Shown here: positions 1-8,513 of the stretch, in pieces | Position numbering within the stretch: the first letter of the stretch is position 1 | Layout: the number at the start of each line of letters is the position of its first letter | Source of the DNA: a virus | Taxonomy: Duplodnaviria; Caudoviricetes | Direction: 5' to 3' (one strand) | DNA: 50,031 nt | IMG/VR virus record: IMGVR_UViG_3300047561_001219 | Span: 1 to 50,031 of that record | Program-made: the position numbers and the translations under genes | The notes under the pieces: model-generated | Told to the model about the DNA's origin: nothing | What the model saw: only the letters and a program-made list of their open reading frames with translations | The model's database searches: none

Positions 1-35
1 AGATAAGTTTTTACATATTTTAAAGAAAAAGATAC

Positions 36-527
36 ATGAACAGGCCTAAGATTAAATGCGTCTACTTGGACATGGATGGAGTTATTGCTGATTTTGAAAA
101 GCGATACAAAGAACTCTATCATATGGCACCAAAAGAGGCAGAAAGTAAAAAAGAGTTTTATAAATTCTTTGATGAGTTTATTGCTACTCAGCAGTTTGCT
201 AGTCTAGATTTAATGCCAGGGGCAGCAGAAGGTTTGGAGTATTTGAGAAAAGCCAATGTGCTTACTCAGATGCTTACCTCATCAGCAAGCGAAAAACGCC
301 ATGATGATATTTCAAGGCAAAAAATGTTGTGGTTAGAAAAACACGGCATTACGTTTTACCCCATTATAGTACCAGGTAAAAGGTTGAAACAGAACTATGC
401 AGAACCAGATTGCATCCTTATTGATGATACAGAAATAAATATCACTCAATGGACAGCAAAAGGTGGTATTGGTATTCTACATAAAGACTGGCATACTACT
501 ATGGCAATATTGCATATGTACATTTGA
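36..527 (+). CDS. HAD-superfamily hydrolase, 5'(3')-deoxyribonucleotidase-like
   Basis: N-terminal HAD motif I (YLDMDGVIADF), motif II (LTSS), Lys (KQNYA) and motif IV (ILIDD); this family is common in T4-like phages. Confidence 0.85.
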   Translation: MNRPKIKCVYLDMDGVIADFEKRYKELYHMAPKEAESKKEFYKFFDEFIATQQFASLDLMPGAAEGLEYLRKANVLTQMLTSSASEKRHDDISRQKMLWLEKHGITFYPIIVPGKRLKQNYAEPDCILIDDTEINITQWTAKGGIGILHKDWHTTMAILHMYI

Positions 528-553
528 CAAACGCCTAAATACTATGATATACT
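524..553 (+). promoter_or_regulatory. Sigma70-type (early) promoter for gene 32 with a nested late-promoter-like box
   Basis: TTGACA at 524-529, 18-nt spacer, extended -10 TG-a-TATACT at 545-553. CCTAAATA at 534-541 resembles the T4 late consensus TATAAATA. Confidence 0.65.
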
Positions 554-620
554 AGCAGTTGATTATGAGAAGTAATTTGATATATTCCGTTTATACTCCG
601 TTAATACGAAAGGTAATACT

Positions 621-1505
621 ATGAGTTTTGCAAATCTAAAACGCCAATCTGGCAACCTCGACAAACTTGCTAAAGCAGTTGAGGCACTCTCCCAAACATC
701 CGAAGGTGGTTCTGAAAAGTCCGATAACTATTGGAAACCAGAAGTTGATAAAGCAGGTAATGGCATGGCCACTATCCGTTTCTTACCAGCGTCTGAAGCC
801 GATGGTGAAGATGGTCTGCCTTGGGTCAAAATCTTCTCCCATGGTTTTCAAGGACCTGGTGGTTGGTTAATTGATAATTGTTTGACCACAAAGAACCAAC
901 AATGTCCTGTATGTGAACACAACTCTGGATTATGGAATTCAGGCATTGAAGCCAACAAAGATGTAGTCCGTAAACAAAAGCGTAAATTGAATTACATCGC
1001 CAATGTGTACATCGTTTCGGATCCTAAACATCCAGAAAATGAAGGCAAAGTGAAGTTGTTCCGTTTTGGTAAGAAAATCTTTGATAAGATTACTGAAGCA
1101 ATGAATCCACAGTTTGAAGATGAATCACCAATCAATCCATTTGATATGTGGAAAGGTGCTAACTTTAAGTTGAAAATTCGTAAGGTAGAAGGTTATCAGA
1201 ACTATGATAAGTCTGAGTTTGATTCTTCAGCTGCTTTGTTAGATGATGATGCAGCACTAGAGAAAATCTGGAAGTCAGAGTTCTCTTTGAATGAATTGAC
1301 TGCTGGTAAAGAGTTCAAATCTTATGATGAATTAAAGCAACGCCTTGACAAAGTTCTTGGTTTGAATGGTGAAGTAATTGCACCAAAGACAACCGTAGAA
1401 ACTATTAAAGAGCAAGTTCGTACTGCTCCTAAATCAGTTGAACCAAAGATTCATGAAGATGATGATGATATGTCTTATTTCGCCAAGTTGGCAGAAGAAG
1501 ATTAA
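621..1505 (+). CDS. gp32: Single-stranded DNA-binding protein (T4 gp32 family)
   Basis: WKPEVDKAGNG..IRFLP, His/Cys zinc site (SHGFQG..NCLTT..CPVC), FGKKIFDKI, GANFKLKIRKVEGYQNYDKSEF, acidic tail DDDDMSYFAKLAEED. Confidence 0.97.
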   Translation: MSFANLKRQSGNLDKLAKAVEALSQTSEGGSEKSDNYWKPEVDKAGNGMATIRFLPASEADGEDGLPWVKIFSHGFQGPGGWLIDNCLTTKNQQCPVCEHNSGLWNSGIEANKDVVRKQKRKLNYIANVYIVSDPKHPENEGKVKLFRFGKKIFDKITEAMNPQFEDESPINPFDMWKGANFKLKIRKVEGYQNYDKSEFDSSAALLDDDAALEKIWKSEFSLNELTAGKEFKSYDELKQRLDKVLGLNGEVIAPKTTVETIKEQVRTAPKSVEPKIHEDDDDMSYFAKLAEED

Positions 1506-1531
1506 ACCGTAAATCTCCTTAGATTGGTTTG

Positions 1532-1554
1532 ACCCCGCTACGGCGGGGTTTTTT
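1532..1554 (+). terminator. Rho-independent terminator after gene 32
   Basis: Stem ACCCCGC/GCGGGGT closing a C(UACG)G UNCG tetraloop, followed by a T run; lies between convergent genes. Confidence 0.9.
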
Positions 1555-1559
1555 ATTGG

Positions 1560-3074
1560 TTAAGTCGGTCTTAGATTTTGTTTGAGAATTTTTTGAAGTG
1601 TAGTATCATCAGTGCGGACATTTACTGATGTATCAAGTAGTACGCCTTGGCCTCCACCAACACTATTAACTTTCTTTGAAGCATCCACCACAATATTTTG
1701 AGTACCAGAATATTCCTGATTCATCATATTAATATTTTCACTAATTACTGATTGTGCTCTTGCAGCAATAGGATTGGATTCAGCAGAAGCCGGTGTAGCA
1801 GTTGGTGGGGATTCAGACATTGCAACTGGTGCAGTTGAAGCGGCCGATTGTTCTGTGCTTGCAACTGGTGCTGGCGGATTGGATTGACTTGATAATTCTG
1901 GAGAAATTTTTGATGCGGACTTAGATTCAATGGCAGACACAACATCATTATATTCTTTGGCTATTGCTTCATCTTTTTTATCACCAACACCTTTTTTTAC
2001 TCTATTTACTGCACCAAGGTGACCCATATCAATCATTTCTTGTTGAGCAACTTTTAAATCTTCCAATGAAGATTTTTCTAGTCCTTCTTTTTTAACTTTT
2101 TTGTAAGTCTTTCGTGAATTTTTATCTGCTTGTTCTTTTTCATAACTAGGTAATTGTCCTTCAGAACTAAGGCCAGAAACTGCCATGCCAACACCACCTT
2201 CTCCCCTCAATGCAGCTTGAGGATCCAACTTTATTTGTTCCCACATCCATTTACCAATTGTTCCTGCCACCACAGCAGCCAATAAACCTAATCCTAACGG
2301 ACTTATTAAAAATCCTGCAAGCCTTAATAAAGAACTTAATGACGAACTGCCCATGGCACCCAAAAATGATAATAACGGTGCCAACATGAGTGTTAAATTT
2401 TCAATCATTTTCATTATACCATCAAGCATCCCACCACCAAAACCGCTAAAGCCACCAAATCCAAGAGAAGGTTCTTTTGCGTTACCACTTTTATCTATTT
2501 TGACTGCTTTGCCACCTCCGCCACCAAGTGCACTTAATAATTCTTTATGCCAATTTTCTTTGTCTTTATTTTCTTTTTGTTTAAATTTTTTTTCAATTTT
2601 AATTTTTTTGGCTTCAGCGGCGTATTCACTTTTTATTAAGTTATACAACCTTGATAATACATCAGCAACACCATCACCCCTTCTCATTTTACCTCTTTGG
2701 CCATCTGAAACGTTGGTGTACAAAGCTGGTTCAATATTACCTAATCCATTACCAATAGTTCTTTCGTTAACTTGATTAGCTCGGCCTTTTTTATTTTTTA
2801 GGCCTTTATTGGCAAAATATTCAATATCTTCTTTTTTACGACCAGTTGCACGACCAATTAATGATGACATGGTGTTGCCCATCAACATTCTAGCAATATT
2901 CAAATAGTCAAACTTCTCTTTAAATCCTTTACTTTTGGCAGCCATTTTATCTGATATGGCACCAGTAACCGACTTCATTGCGCCCATATTTCCACCAATG
3001 GCTTTCTCACGAATGAGTTCACCCAATGATTTTTTATTTATTCTGTTAGCTTCTTGGTATGAGTTAATGGCCAT
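1560..3074 (-). CDS. Putative tape-measure/baseplate hub protein (gp29-like), paralog A, with hydrophobic membrane-like segment
   Basis: Downstream of gp26/gp51; Lys/Glu-rich helical N-half; long hydrophobic stretch (MLAPLLSFLG...LISPLGLGLLAAVVAG); N-terminal ~190 aa similar to the adjacent ORF. Confidence 0.55.
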   Translation of the reverse strand: MAINSYQEANRINKKSLGELIREKAIGGNMGAMKSVTGAISDKMAAKSKGFKEKFDYLNIARMLMGNTMSSLIGRATGRKKEDIEYFANKGLKNKKGRANQVNERTIGNGLGNIEPALYTNVSDGQRGKMRRGDGVADVLSRLYNLIKSEYAAEAKKIKIEKKFKQKENKDKENWHKELLSALGGGGGKAVKIDKSGNAKEPSLGFGGFSGFGGGMLDGIMKMIENLTLMLAPLLSFLGAMGSSSLSSLLRLAGFLISPLGLGLLAAVVAGTIGKWMWEQIKLDPQAALRGEGGVGMAVSGLSSEGQLPSYEKEQADKNSRKTYKKVKKEGLEKSSLEDLKVAQQEMIDMGHLGAVNRVKKGVGDKKDEAIAKEYNDVVSAIESKSASKISPELSSQSNPPAPVASTEQSAASTAPVAMSESPPTATPASAESNPIAARAQSVISENINMMNQEYSGTQNIVVDASKKVNSVGGGQGVLLDTSVNVRTDDTTLQKILKQNLRPT

Positions 3075-3075
3075 A

Positions 3076-4590
3076 TTATGCTGTCATAAAAAGTGGTAAG
3101 TCTAAATCGCTGCCTACGTTTAGTACTTGAGTGGATTTTCCTCCAACAAGCTTGTTTATCGTTTGGCTATTATTTAGAGCAATATTGGTTGGTTTAGTTG
3201 TGCCTTTTAAATCTTTGTTTTCAACAGAAGAATTTGCTATTTGTGTACCAGTTGTTGGTGGTGTTTCTTGTGCTAATTGTGCGGTACTAGTACCTTTTGT
3301 AATGGCAACAATTTTATTATTTTTATTATAATATCCTTCCATTTGTTCCATGGCATCCATAATTTTAATTCTTTGGGAAGAATCATAATCTTGCATACGT
3401 TTATTTTCACCACTTACTGCTCCTAAAACTTTTGCCTGATAAGCTCCAGTATCATTTTCTACCGGAGGCGCATATCTTGCAATAGCAGATTTTAAATCTA
3501 AATCTTTATAATTTTTGCCATCAAATATTAATTTTTCTTTTGCTTTTCTTCCCGATTCATATGTTGGAAAAATAGCAAAACGGCCATCAGATCCAATAGC
3601 ACCATATTGTTTGGCAAAAGAACCATATTCAATATTACCTGGATTATTATTTCTCCAATTTCTTGTACCAATTACTTTATCTACAGCACCGTCAGGCCGT
3701 TTAACAATATTATAGCCTGGACCAGTTTCGATGATGTCTTGAATAGCAAGACCAGTAACGCCACCAACAGCAATTGCACCACCAACTGCTAAACTACCTG
3801 CACTAAGAGCTCCAGAACCAGCTGTCGTTGCATTTGTTGCTTTGACTGCTGTGGCCACCGGAGCGATAGTGGGTGTGGGTGTTTTTGTAGTTGTAGGTGC
3901 AGGAGTAGTTTTTGTGGTTTTTGTGGTTGTGGGTGTAGAAGTTTTTTGTGGTGTTTTTTTGGTTATTTTTGGTTTAAATTTAGTTAATTTTTTAGGTTGA
4001 CCTTCTTTAATTTGGTCAATTAATTCTTTGTGGCGCCTTTCTTCTTCTTCGTGTAATTCTTGTTGAAAATTTCTTTCCAACTCAAAACTAAGTTTATTTT
4101 TTTCGTTATGATTTTGTACTAAATTAAATAATTTACCTGCCACATCGGACACAGCGTCACCTTTACGGAGACCATCTTTTTGTCCTCCAGATATTTTGGT
4201 ATAAAATGCAACATCAATATTACCAAGTTTTCCACTTGAAGATAAAGACCTTGAAGATTTTTTATCACCTAAAAAATATTTCATATTCTCTTTACTGGCA
4301 CCAAATGTTTTGCCAAGTAAAGTTGCACCCGTTTTACCAACAAGTGTCTTTGCAATATTTAATGGATTGAATTTTTCTTTGATGCCAACTACTTTAGCTT
4401 TAAAACCTTCTGATATACTTTGTTTGAGAGATTGGCCTTCTATCGCACCTTTTCTAAGATTGGCAAGAAAACCCCTTTCTCGTATTTCTTTGAGGCGTTG
4501 GCGTTCTTCACCAGTAAGTGGTTGCTTTTTTGCAATCAAAGCATCCACTTCTTGAAGTTCTTGTAATAGTTCTTCGCTACTTTTTTTCAT
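3076..4590 (-). CDS. Putative tape-measure/baseplate hub protein (gp29-like), paralog B, with lysozyme-like NNPGN domain
   Basis: Helical N-half paralogous to 1560..3074; Thr/Pro/Lys-rich linker; RNWRNNNPGNIEY..DGRFAIFPT..AIARYAPPVENDT..Y domain typical of phage virion muralytic-like proteins. Confidence 0.6.
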   Translation of the reverse strand: MKKSSEELLQELQEVDALIAKKQPLTGEERQRLKEIRERGFLANLRKGAIEGQSLKQSISEGFKAKVVGIKEKFNPLNIAKTLVGKTGATLLGKTFGASKENMKYFLGDKKSSRSLSSSGKLGNIDVAFYTKISGGQKDGLRKGDAVSDVAGKLFNLVQNHNEKNKLSFELERNFQQELHEEEERRHKELIDQIKEGQPKKLTKFKPKITKKTPQKTSTPTTTKTTKTTPAPTTTKTPTPTIAPVATAVKATNATTAGSGALSAGSLAVGGAIAVGGVTGLAIQDIIETGPGYNIVKRPDGAVDKVIGTRNWRNNNPGNIEYGSFAKQYGAIGSDGRFAIFPTYESGRKAKEKLIFDGKNYKDLDLKSAIARYAPPVENDTGAYQAKVLGAVSGENKRMQDYDSSQRIKIMDAMEQMEGYYNKNNKIVAITKGTSTAQLAQETPPTTGTQIANSSVENKDLKGTTKPTNIALNNSQTINKLVGGKSTQVLNVGSDLDLPLFMTA

Positions 4591-4778
4591 TTACCTTTTT
4601 GTCTTTGCTTAATCTTTTCGTTTTCTTGTTCAATATATTGTATAAGCATAGTAACGTAAATATCTCTTTCCCACGGAATCATATTTTCAAGTTCCGTAAG
4701 ACTATATTTGTGGTGTTGCATCAAGCTAAAATTAGTAGTGTAGTAATTCTTCAGATTGTCATAACGAAATATTAGTCG
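4587..4778 (-). CDS. gp51: gp51-like baseplate hub/tail assembly chaperone C-terminal frame (not in ORF track; probably reached by -1 frameshift from gp26)
   Basis: Manual translation gives RLIFRYDNLKNYYTTNFSLMQHHKYSLTELENMIPWERDIYVTMLIQYIEQENEKIKQRQKGK*, the conserved gp51-type motif. No ATG precedes the conserved NYY..NF motif. The TGA overlaps the next ATG (ATGA). Confidence 0.8.
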   Translation of the reverse strand, partial: RLIFRYDNLKNYYTTNFSLMQHHKYSLTELENMIPWERDIYVTMLIQYIEQENEKIKQRQKGK

Positions 4779-5512
4779 AAAAAACTGTCTAAGCCTTCCA
4801 CATCAATGGAATGGTCGTAACCACATTTACCACACTTCATTTCAATCTTTTTGTTTAATTTTGGTAAATTCTCAAAAAATTGTTCAATCTGTGCAAACTG
4901 TTCTTGGTTTAATGATTCTAAAAAATCATTTAATTCTTTTTTGGTGCTTTCTTTGGCATAATAATATTGTTGACCATCATAAATGTGTTCAATACTATTG
5001 ATAATCATATCAAAAGCCATATCGGTCACATTATTAGTTTTTGCAACTGATTCCAGTACAGAAAATTCTGGATACTTTAACTTAATACTAATTGTGTCTG
5101 TTAAATTAATAACTTCTTTTGTGGTGCCCATTTCAACTTGAATTTCCAAAAGATTAATTTTGGTTTTCATGGAATTACCACATGGTGTGGGATCTGTACG
5201 GTTCTCTAATTGAACCATGTTTTCACAACGATAATTGCTTTCGACAATCTCACCAACTGAGCGGGCTCTTAAATTTAAAAAGTAAAACTCAACATCAATA
5301 ATTGGTAATGAATCAATATCAACGTTTTCAGTCAAAGTACAATTATGTAACACTTGACGAATATTCTTCTCAATGGTTTGTTTATCATCTGATTCCAAAG
5401 CCATCATTAAGTTACGTTGTTCTTTAACCAAAAACGGTCTAAAACGAATGTGTTTTTTAGATAATGGTAAATCTATTTCATATACTGGTGCATCAATTCT
5501 TGGTAAAGCCAT
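4772..5512 (-). CDS. gp26: Baseplate hub assembly chaperone (T4 gp26 family)
   Basis: MALPRIDAPVYEIDLPLSKKHIRFRPFLVKE, FLNLRARSVGE, C-terminal CxxC and EGLDSFFD. Confidence 0.92.
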   Translation of the reverse strand: MALPRIDAPVYEIDLPLSKKHIRFRPFLVKEQRNLMMALESDDKQTIEKNIRQVLHNCTLTENVDIDSLPIIDVEFYFLNLRARSVGEIVESNYRCENMVQLENRTDPTPCGNSMKTKINLLEIQVEMGTTKEVINLTDTISIKLKYPEFSVLESVAKTNNVTDMAFDMIINSIEHIYDGQQYYYAKESTKKELNDFLESLNQEQFAQIEQFFENLPKLNKKIEMKCGKCGYDHSIDVEGLDSFFD

Positions 5513-5540
5513 TTTATTTTCACTCCATATTAAAAATTAA

Positions 5541-6236
5541 TTAAAATCCTGCGTTATTATATGCCGCTTTATCCTCAGCGGACAAATTTTTAGAATCAAC
5601 TCTGTAAACATTTGTTAAATTATCTCTATTTGGAATTTGTGTTGTAAAATCATTAACGCCTGCAGCAATTTCCGCTGTGATGGATTGTAACAAACTGGAA
5701 CCTAATGCTTGGATTGAATTGTTTTGCCAGTATGTGTAAGCAAACACCACGGTTAATTTATGAAAACTATCTGATGACCAATCCAAATCTAATTGATTAA
5801 CTGCAATAGGAAAAGCATCAATCAAATTAATGGAATATATTTTCTTATTTTGTTGGTCGTATTGATTAACTTGTAACGTTGATACATAATCAGATTTATA
5901 TCTAAAATCAAATTTATACGATGGATTAATATATTCCATCCAAGCATCAAAAAATAACTTTTCTTCCATACTCTCCGAAACAATGAATGTCATGGTGATG
6001 TCATTGTATGAAGATTGATACGGATGTTTTTCAGTAGGATTAGCTCCAAACTTCTGTTCGGTTGTAGCAAATGTTCTACTCGGCAATTCGGTAGATTCAC
6101 AACGCATTGACAATGTTCTACCAGTATTTCGGTACGGAAACAAAGTTAATGGTACAGGAATATTTACATCAAACCGATTAGGTTTGGCCAAGTCTTTTAC
6201 AAAACTGGCACGAAATTCGTTTAGACTGCTGGGCAT
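5541..6236 (-). CDS. gp54: Baseplate-tail tube initiator (gp54 / tube-fold family)
   Basis: LAKPNRFDV..LSMRCESTELP..PY..YNDITMTF..FFDAWMEYI..LIDAFP..LTVVFAY tube-protein fold; next to gp26 and gp2. Confidence 0.8.
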   Translation of the reverse strand: MPSSLNEFRASFVKDLAKPNRFDVNIPVPLTLFPYRNTGRTLSMRCESTELPSRTFATTEQKFGANPTEKHPYQSSYNDITMTFIVSESMEEKLFFDAWMEYINPSYKFDFRYKSDYVSTLQVNQYDQQNKKIYSINLIDAFPIAVNQLDLDWSSDSFHKLTVVFAYTYWQNNSIQALGSSLLQSITAEIAAGVNDFTTQIPNRDNLTNVYRVDSKNLSAEDKAAYNNAGF

Positions 6237-6832
6237 TAACTTGTCCTTATTTCATTTACGGATTCTTGCCATACTTTCTGTGGTTTAGCACCCTTGAACA
6301 GTTGAGTAGGTAAGAATATTGCCACTTCCCATTCTTGTGGTTCAATGGTAAGTATTTTTGACCTTATTTGGCTAAATAAGTATCTTTTAATACACGGCCT
6401 AAACGATTTAAATCGCCTGGAGGCCGTCAATATATCATAGGTGATGCGTAATCTTGTCGGATTGTTTTCATCGTCTAGGATGGCGTAATTTAACAATTTG
6501 TCTAAAAATGCCACTCTATACTTAATTGGTAAGTAGTGTAGGTTTAATCCTAGAAATCCGTCATCATATTTTTCTAATATTAATACCAAAGGAAAACGGT
6601 CATAGTAATCCATGCCTTCTTTACCTTTTGGGTCATAAAAAAAGTGGTATAATCTACCTTTAAACAACCTTCTAGTTTGTCTAGACCTTTCAATTGCAAT
6701 AGTTTTTGGAATTAATGAAGGATTTCTTAATTCACTAATTTTTTTCAAGAGCCATTGATATGATTCTTTGGACATCTTCTGCATTTGAGATGCAGACATT
6801 TGTTGTGCAAGTTGTGTAAGTTTAGAAGCCAT
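6236..6832 (-). CDS. gp2: DNA end protector protein
   Basis: GRLYHFFYDPKGKE..YYDRFPLV..GFLGLNLHYLP..R, PCIKRYL, WEVAIFLPT..F. Confidence 0.95.
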   Translation of the reverse strand: MASKLTQLAQQMSASQMQKMSKESYQWLLKKISELRNPSLIPKTIAIERSRQTRRLFKGRLYHFFYDPKGKEGMDYYDRFPLVLILEKYDDGFLGLNLHYLPIKYRVAFLDKLLNYAILDDENNPTRLRITYDILTASRRFKSFRPCIKRYLFSQIRSKILTIEPQEWEVAIFLPTQLFKGAKPQKVWQESVNEIRTS

Positions 6833-6837
6833 AAGAT

Positions 6838-6845
6838 TATTTAGT
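6838..6845 (-). promoter_or_regulatory. T4-type late promoter-like box upstream of gene 2
   Basis: Minus strand reads ACTAAATA-atctt-ATG. Confidence 0.5.
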
Positions 6846-7278
6846 TGATTCCCAGGTGATGTTCAGTAAGAATTTTAAACTCCCAACCACGGTCGGCACA
6901 GAATTCTTCAGCCGCCTTCCATTTGGCTTGGTTTACTCCCCATGTCACCACTTCGTTTATGTATTGTTTAGTGATACGTTTTTTTTGTTGTGGTTCTTTG
7001 GTTTGTTTATCTGGTTTAACTTCAAGCATCATTGTTTTTAGTTTATTATCTTTGGTTTTCACTTTAATAATGAAATCTGGAAAATAACGGTGCCATTTTC
7101 CGTCAACAGGAGATTTATAAGGAACAATAAGTTCTTCTGATTGCCATGATACCACATCAGGATTGCGGTCAAGCCAATCCATTACCTTTACTTCCCATGA
7201 AGAACGGTAGATAATATTGGTGTAGTCCCCAACATATTTTTGAGGGCATTTTGGTGTGAATCGTCCTGAATAAGCCAT
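6841..7278 (-). CDS. gp4: Head completion nuclease (TnsA-like PD-(D/E)xK fold)
   Basis: MAYSGRF.PK.P.KY.GD..NIIYRSSWE, WQSEELIVPY, HRYFPDF, EVKP, NQAKWKAA..FC. Confidence 0.95.
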   Translation of the reverse strand: MAYSGRFTPKCPQKYVGDYTNIIYRSSWEVKVMDWLDRNPDVVSWQSEELIVPYKSPVDGKWHRYFPDFIIKVKTKDNKLKTMMLEVKPDKQTKEPQQKKRITKQYINEVVTWGVNQAKWKAAEEFCADRGWEFKILTEHHLGIN

Positions 7279-7294
7279 ATAAATACTATGTATA
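7278..7294. promoter_or_regulatory. Pair of oppositely oriented late promoters at the gene 4 / gene 48 divergence
   Basis: Perfect TATAAATA at 7278-7285 (+) toward gene 48; TATACATA at 7294-7287 (-) toward gene 4. Confidence 0.7.
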
Positions 7295-7316
7295 CTTCAA
7301 TTTAAAGAGTTAATCA

Positions 7317-8513
7317 ATGGCCGTAATCTCCATACCAACATCAATTGCTGGATTTTCTTTACCAGGTCAATTAGGTCAAATCGCTAAAGGTCCGCTTTCC
7401 ACTTTGTATGGTGGTAAAGGAGTTCAGACTTTAAAGTATCCTTCCGACCTTGCTACCGATGCCACCAAGAATCATTATGTCCAATTTTTAATTAAAGAAG
7501 TTATACCTGCCGGGTATTCAACATCAGCTGACACAGCTGCAGGTCAAAGCATCAACCTTAATGGTATTGCTCAGGCGGCTGGAGCCCTTGGTGGAGCAAT
7601 ATCTGATGGAATTAAAACTGTGGCGAATGGTAATCCTACAACTATGGCAGGACAAGCCGCTCAGACGGTAGTTACGGCTACTTCAGACGTTGCAGCTGAT
7701 TTGGCAAAAACTGGGTTTGTTCAATCTGCTTCCATGATTGGCAAATATATTCCCACATCATTACAAATATCTCCTACAACAACACAACCAAAAGCATATA
7801 TTTCTTTATACATGCCAGACACATTAACTGCACAGTATTCGGCAGATTGGCAAGAAATGAGTTTGGGTGATATGGGTGCTGGGATATCTTCACTAAGAAT
7901 GATTGACGAATTAGCTACTAATGCAGGACAACAAGGAACCTTTTCGTCCAAAGATTTAACAAAAAGTTTAGGTAATTTTGCATCAACCGATCCAGCAGTT
8001 ACAGCTTTAGTTTCAAGTATAATGGGTGCAACTGGCCTTGGCAGCAAGATATTTGACGCAAAAGTAGTTGGTGATGTTTTATTAAAAGGTAAAGGTTATG
8101 CAATTAACCCTCAATTACAAATGATTTTTAGGGGTGTTGGTTTCCGTAGTTTTCAATTATCGTTTATGTTTACACCAAAGTCATTGAACGAATCACAAGA
8201 AGTTGATACTATTATTAAAACATTTAAATATCATTTTTCACCTGGTTTACAAGCAGGAAAAACCGATTCAACACAAAGTATGTTTTTGACTTCACCTTCA
8301 ATATTTAATGTACAATTTAAAATTGGCCAAAATGAAAATCAATATGTGCCAAAATATGGTGATTGTGTTTTATCTGATATTGATGTTAATTATGCGCCAA
8401 ATGGTTTTGCTGCACACGAAAATGGTGCGCCAGTACAAACAACACTTAATCTAACATTTAAAGAAATTGTTATTGTTGATAGGGATAAAATTGCTAACGG
8501 GAAATTAAGATAA
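7317..8513 (+). CDS. gp48: Baseplate tail-tube cap
   Basis: LKYPSDL, ISLYMPD, AINPQLQMIFRGVGFRSFQLSFMFTPKS..E...I..FK, CVLSDIDVNYAP, PVQTTLNLTFKE. Confidence 0.9.
   Translation: MAVISIPTSIAGFSLPGQLGQIAKGPLSTLYGGKGVQTLKYPSDLATDATKNHYVQFLIKEVIPAGYSTSADTAAGQSINLNGIAQAAGALGGAISDGIKTVANGNPTTMAGQAAQTVVTATSDVAADLAKTGFVQSASMIGKYIPTSLQISPTTTQPKAYISLYMPDTLTAQYSADWQEMSLGDMGAGISSLRMIDELATNAGQQGTFSSKDLTKSLGNFASTDPAVTALVSSIMGATGLGSKIFDAKVVGDVLLKGKGYAINPQLQMIFRGVGFRSFQLSFMFTPKSLNESQEVDTIIKTFKYHFSPGLQAGKTDSTQSMFLTSPSIFNVQFKIGQNENQYVPKYGDCVLSDIDVNYAPNGFAAHENGAPVQTTLNLTFKEIVIVDRDKIANGKLR

Noticed and set aside
4518-4775. 85-aa plus-strand ORF in the gap beside gp26
   Set aside because: It is antisense to the conserved gp51-like frame, which explains the region better.
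6841-7278. TnsA-like nuclease as a transposon or homing endonuclease
   Set aside because: Sequence and position next to gene 2 identify it as the core head-completion protein gp4.
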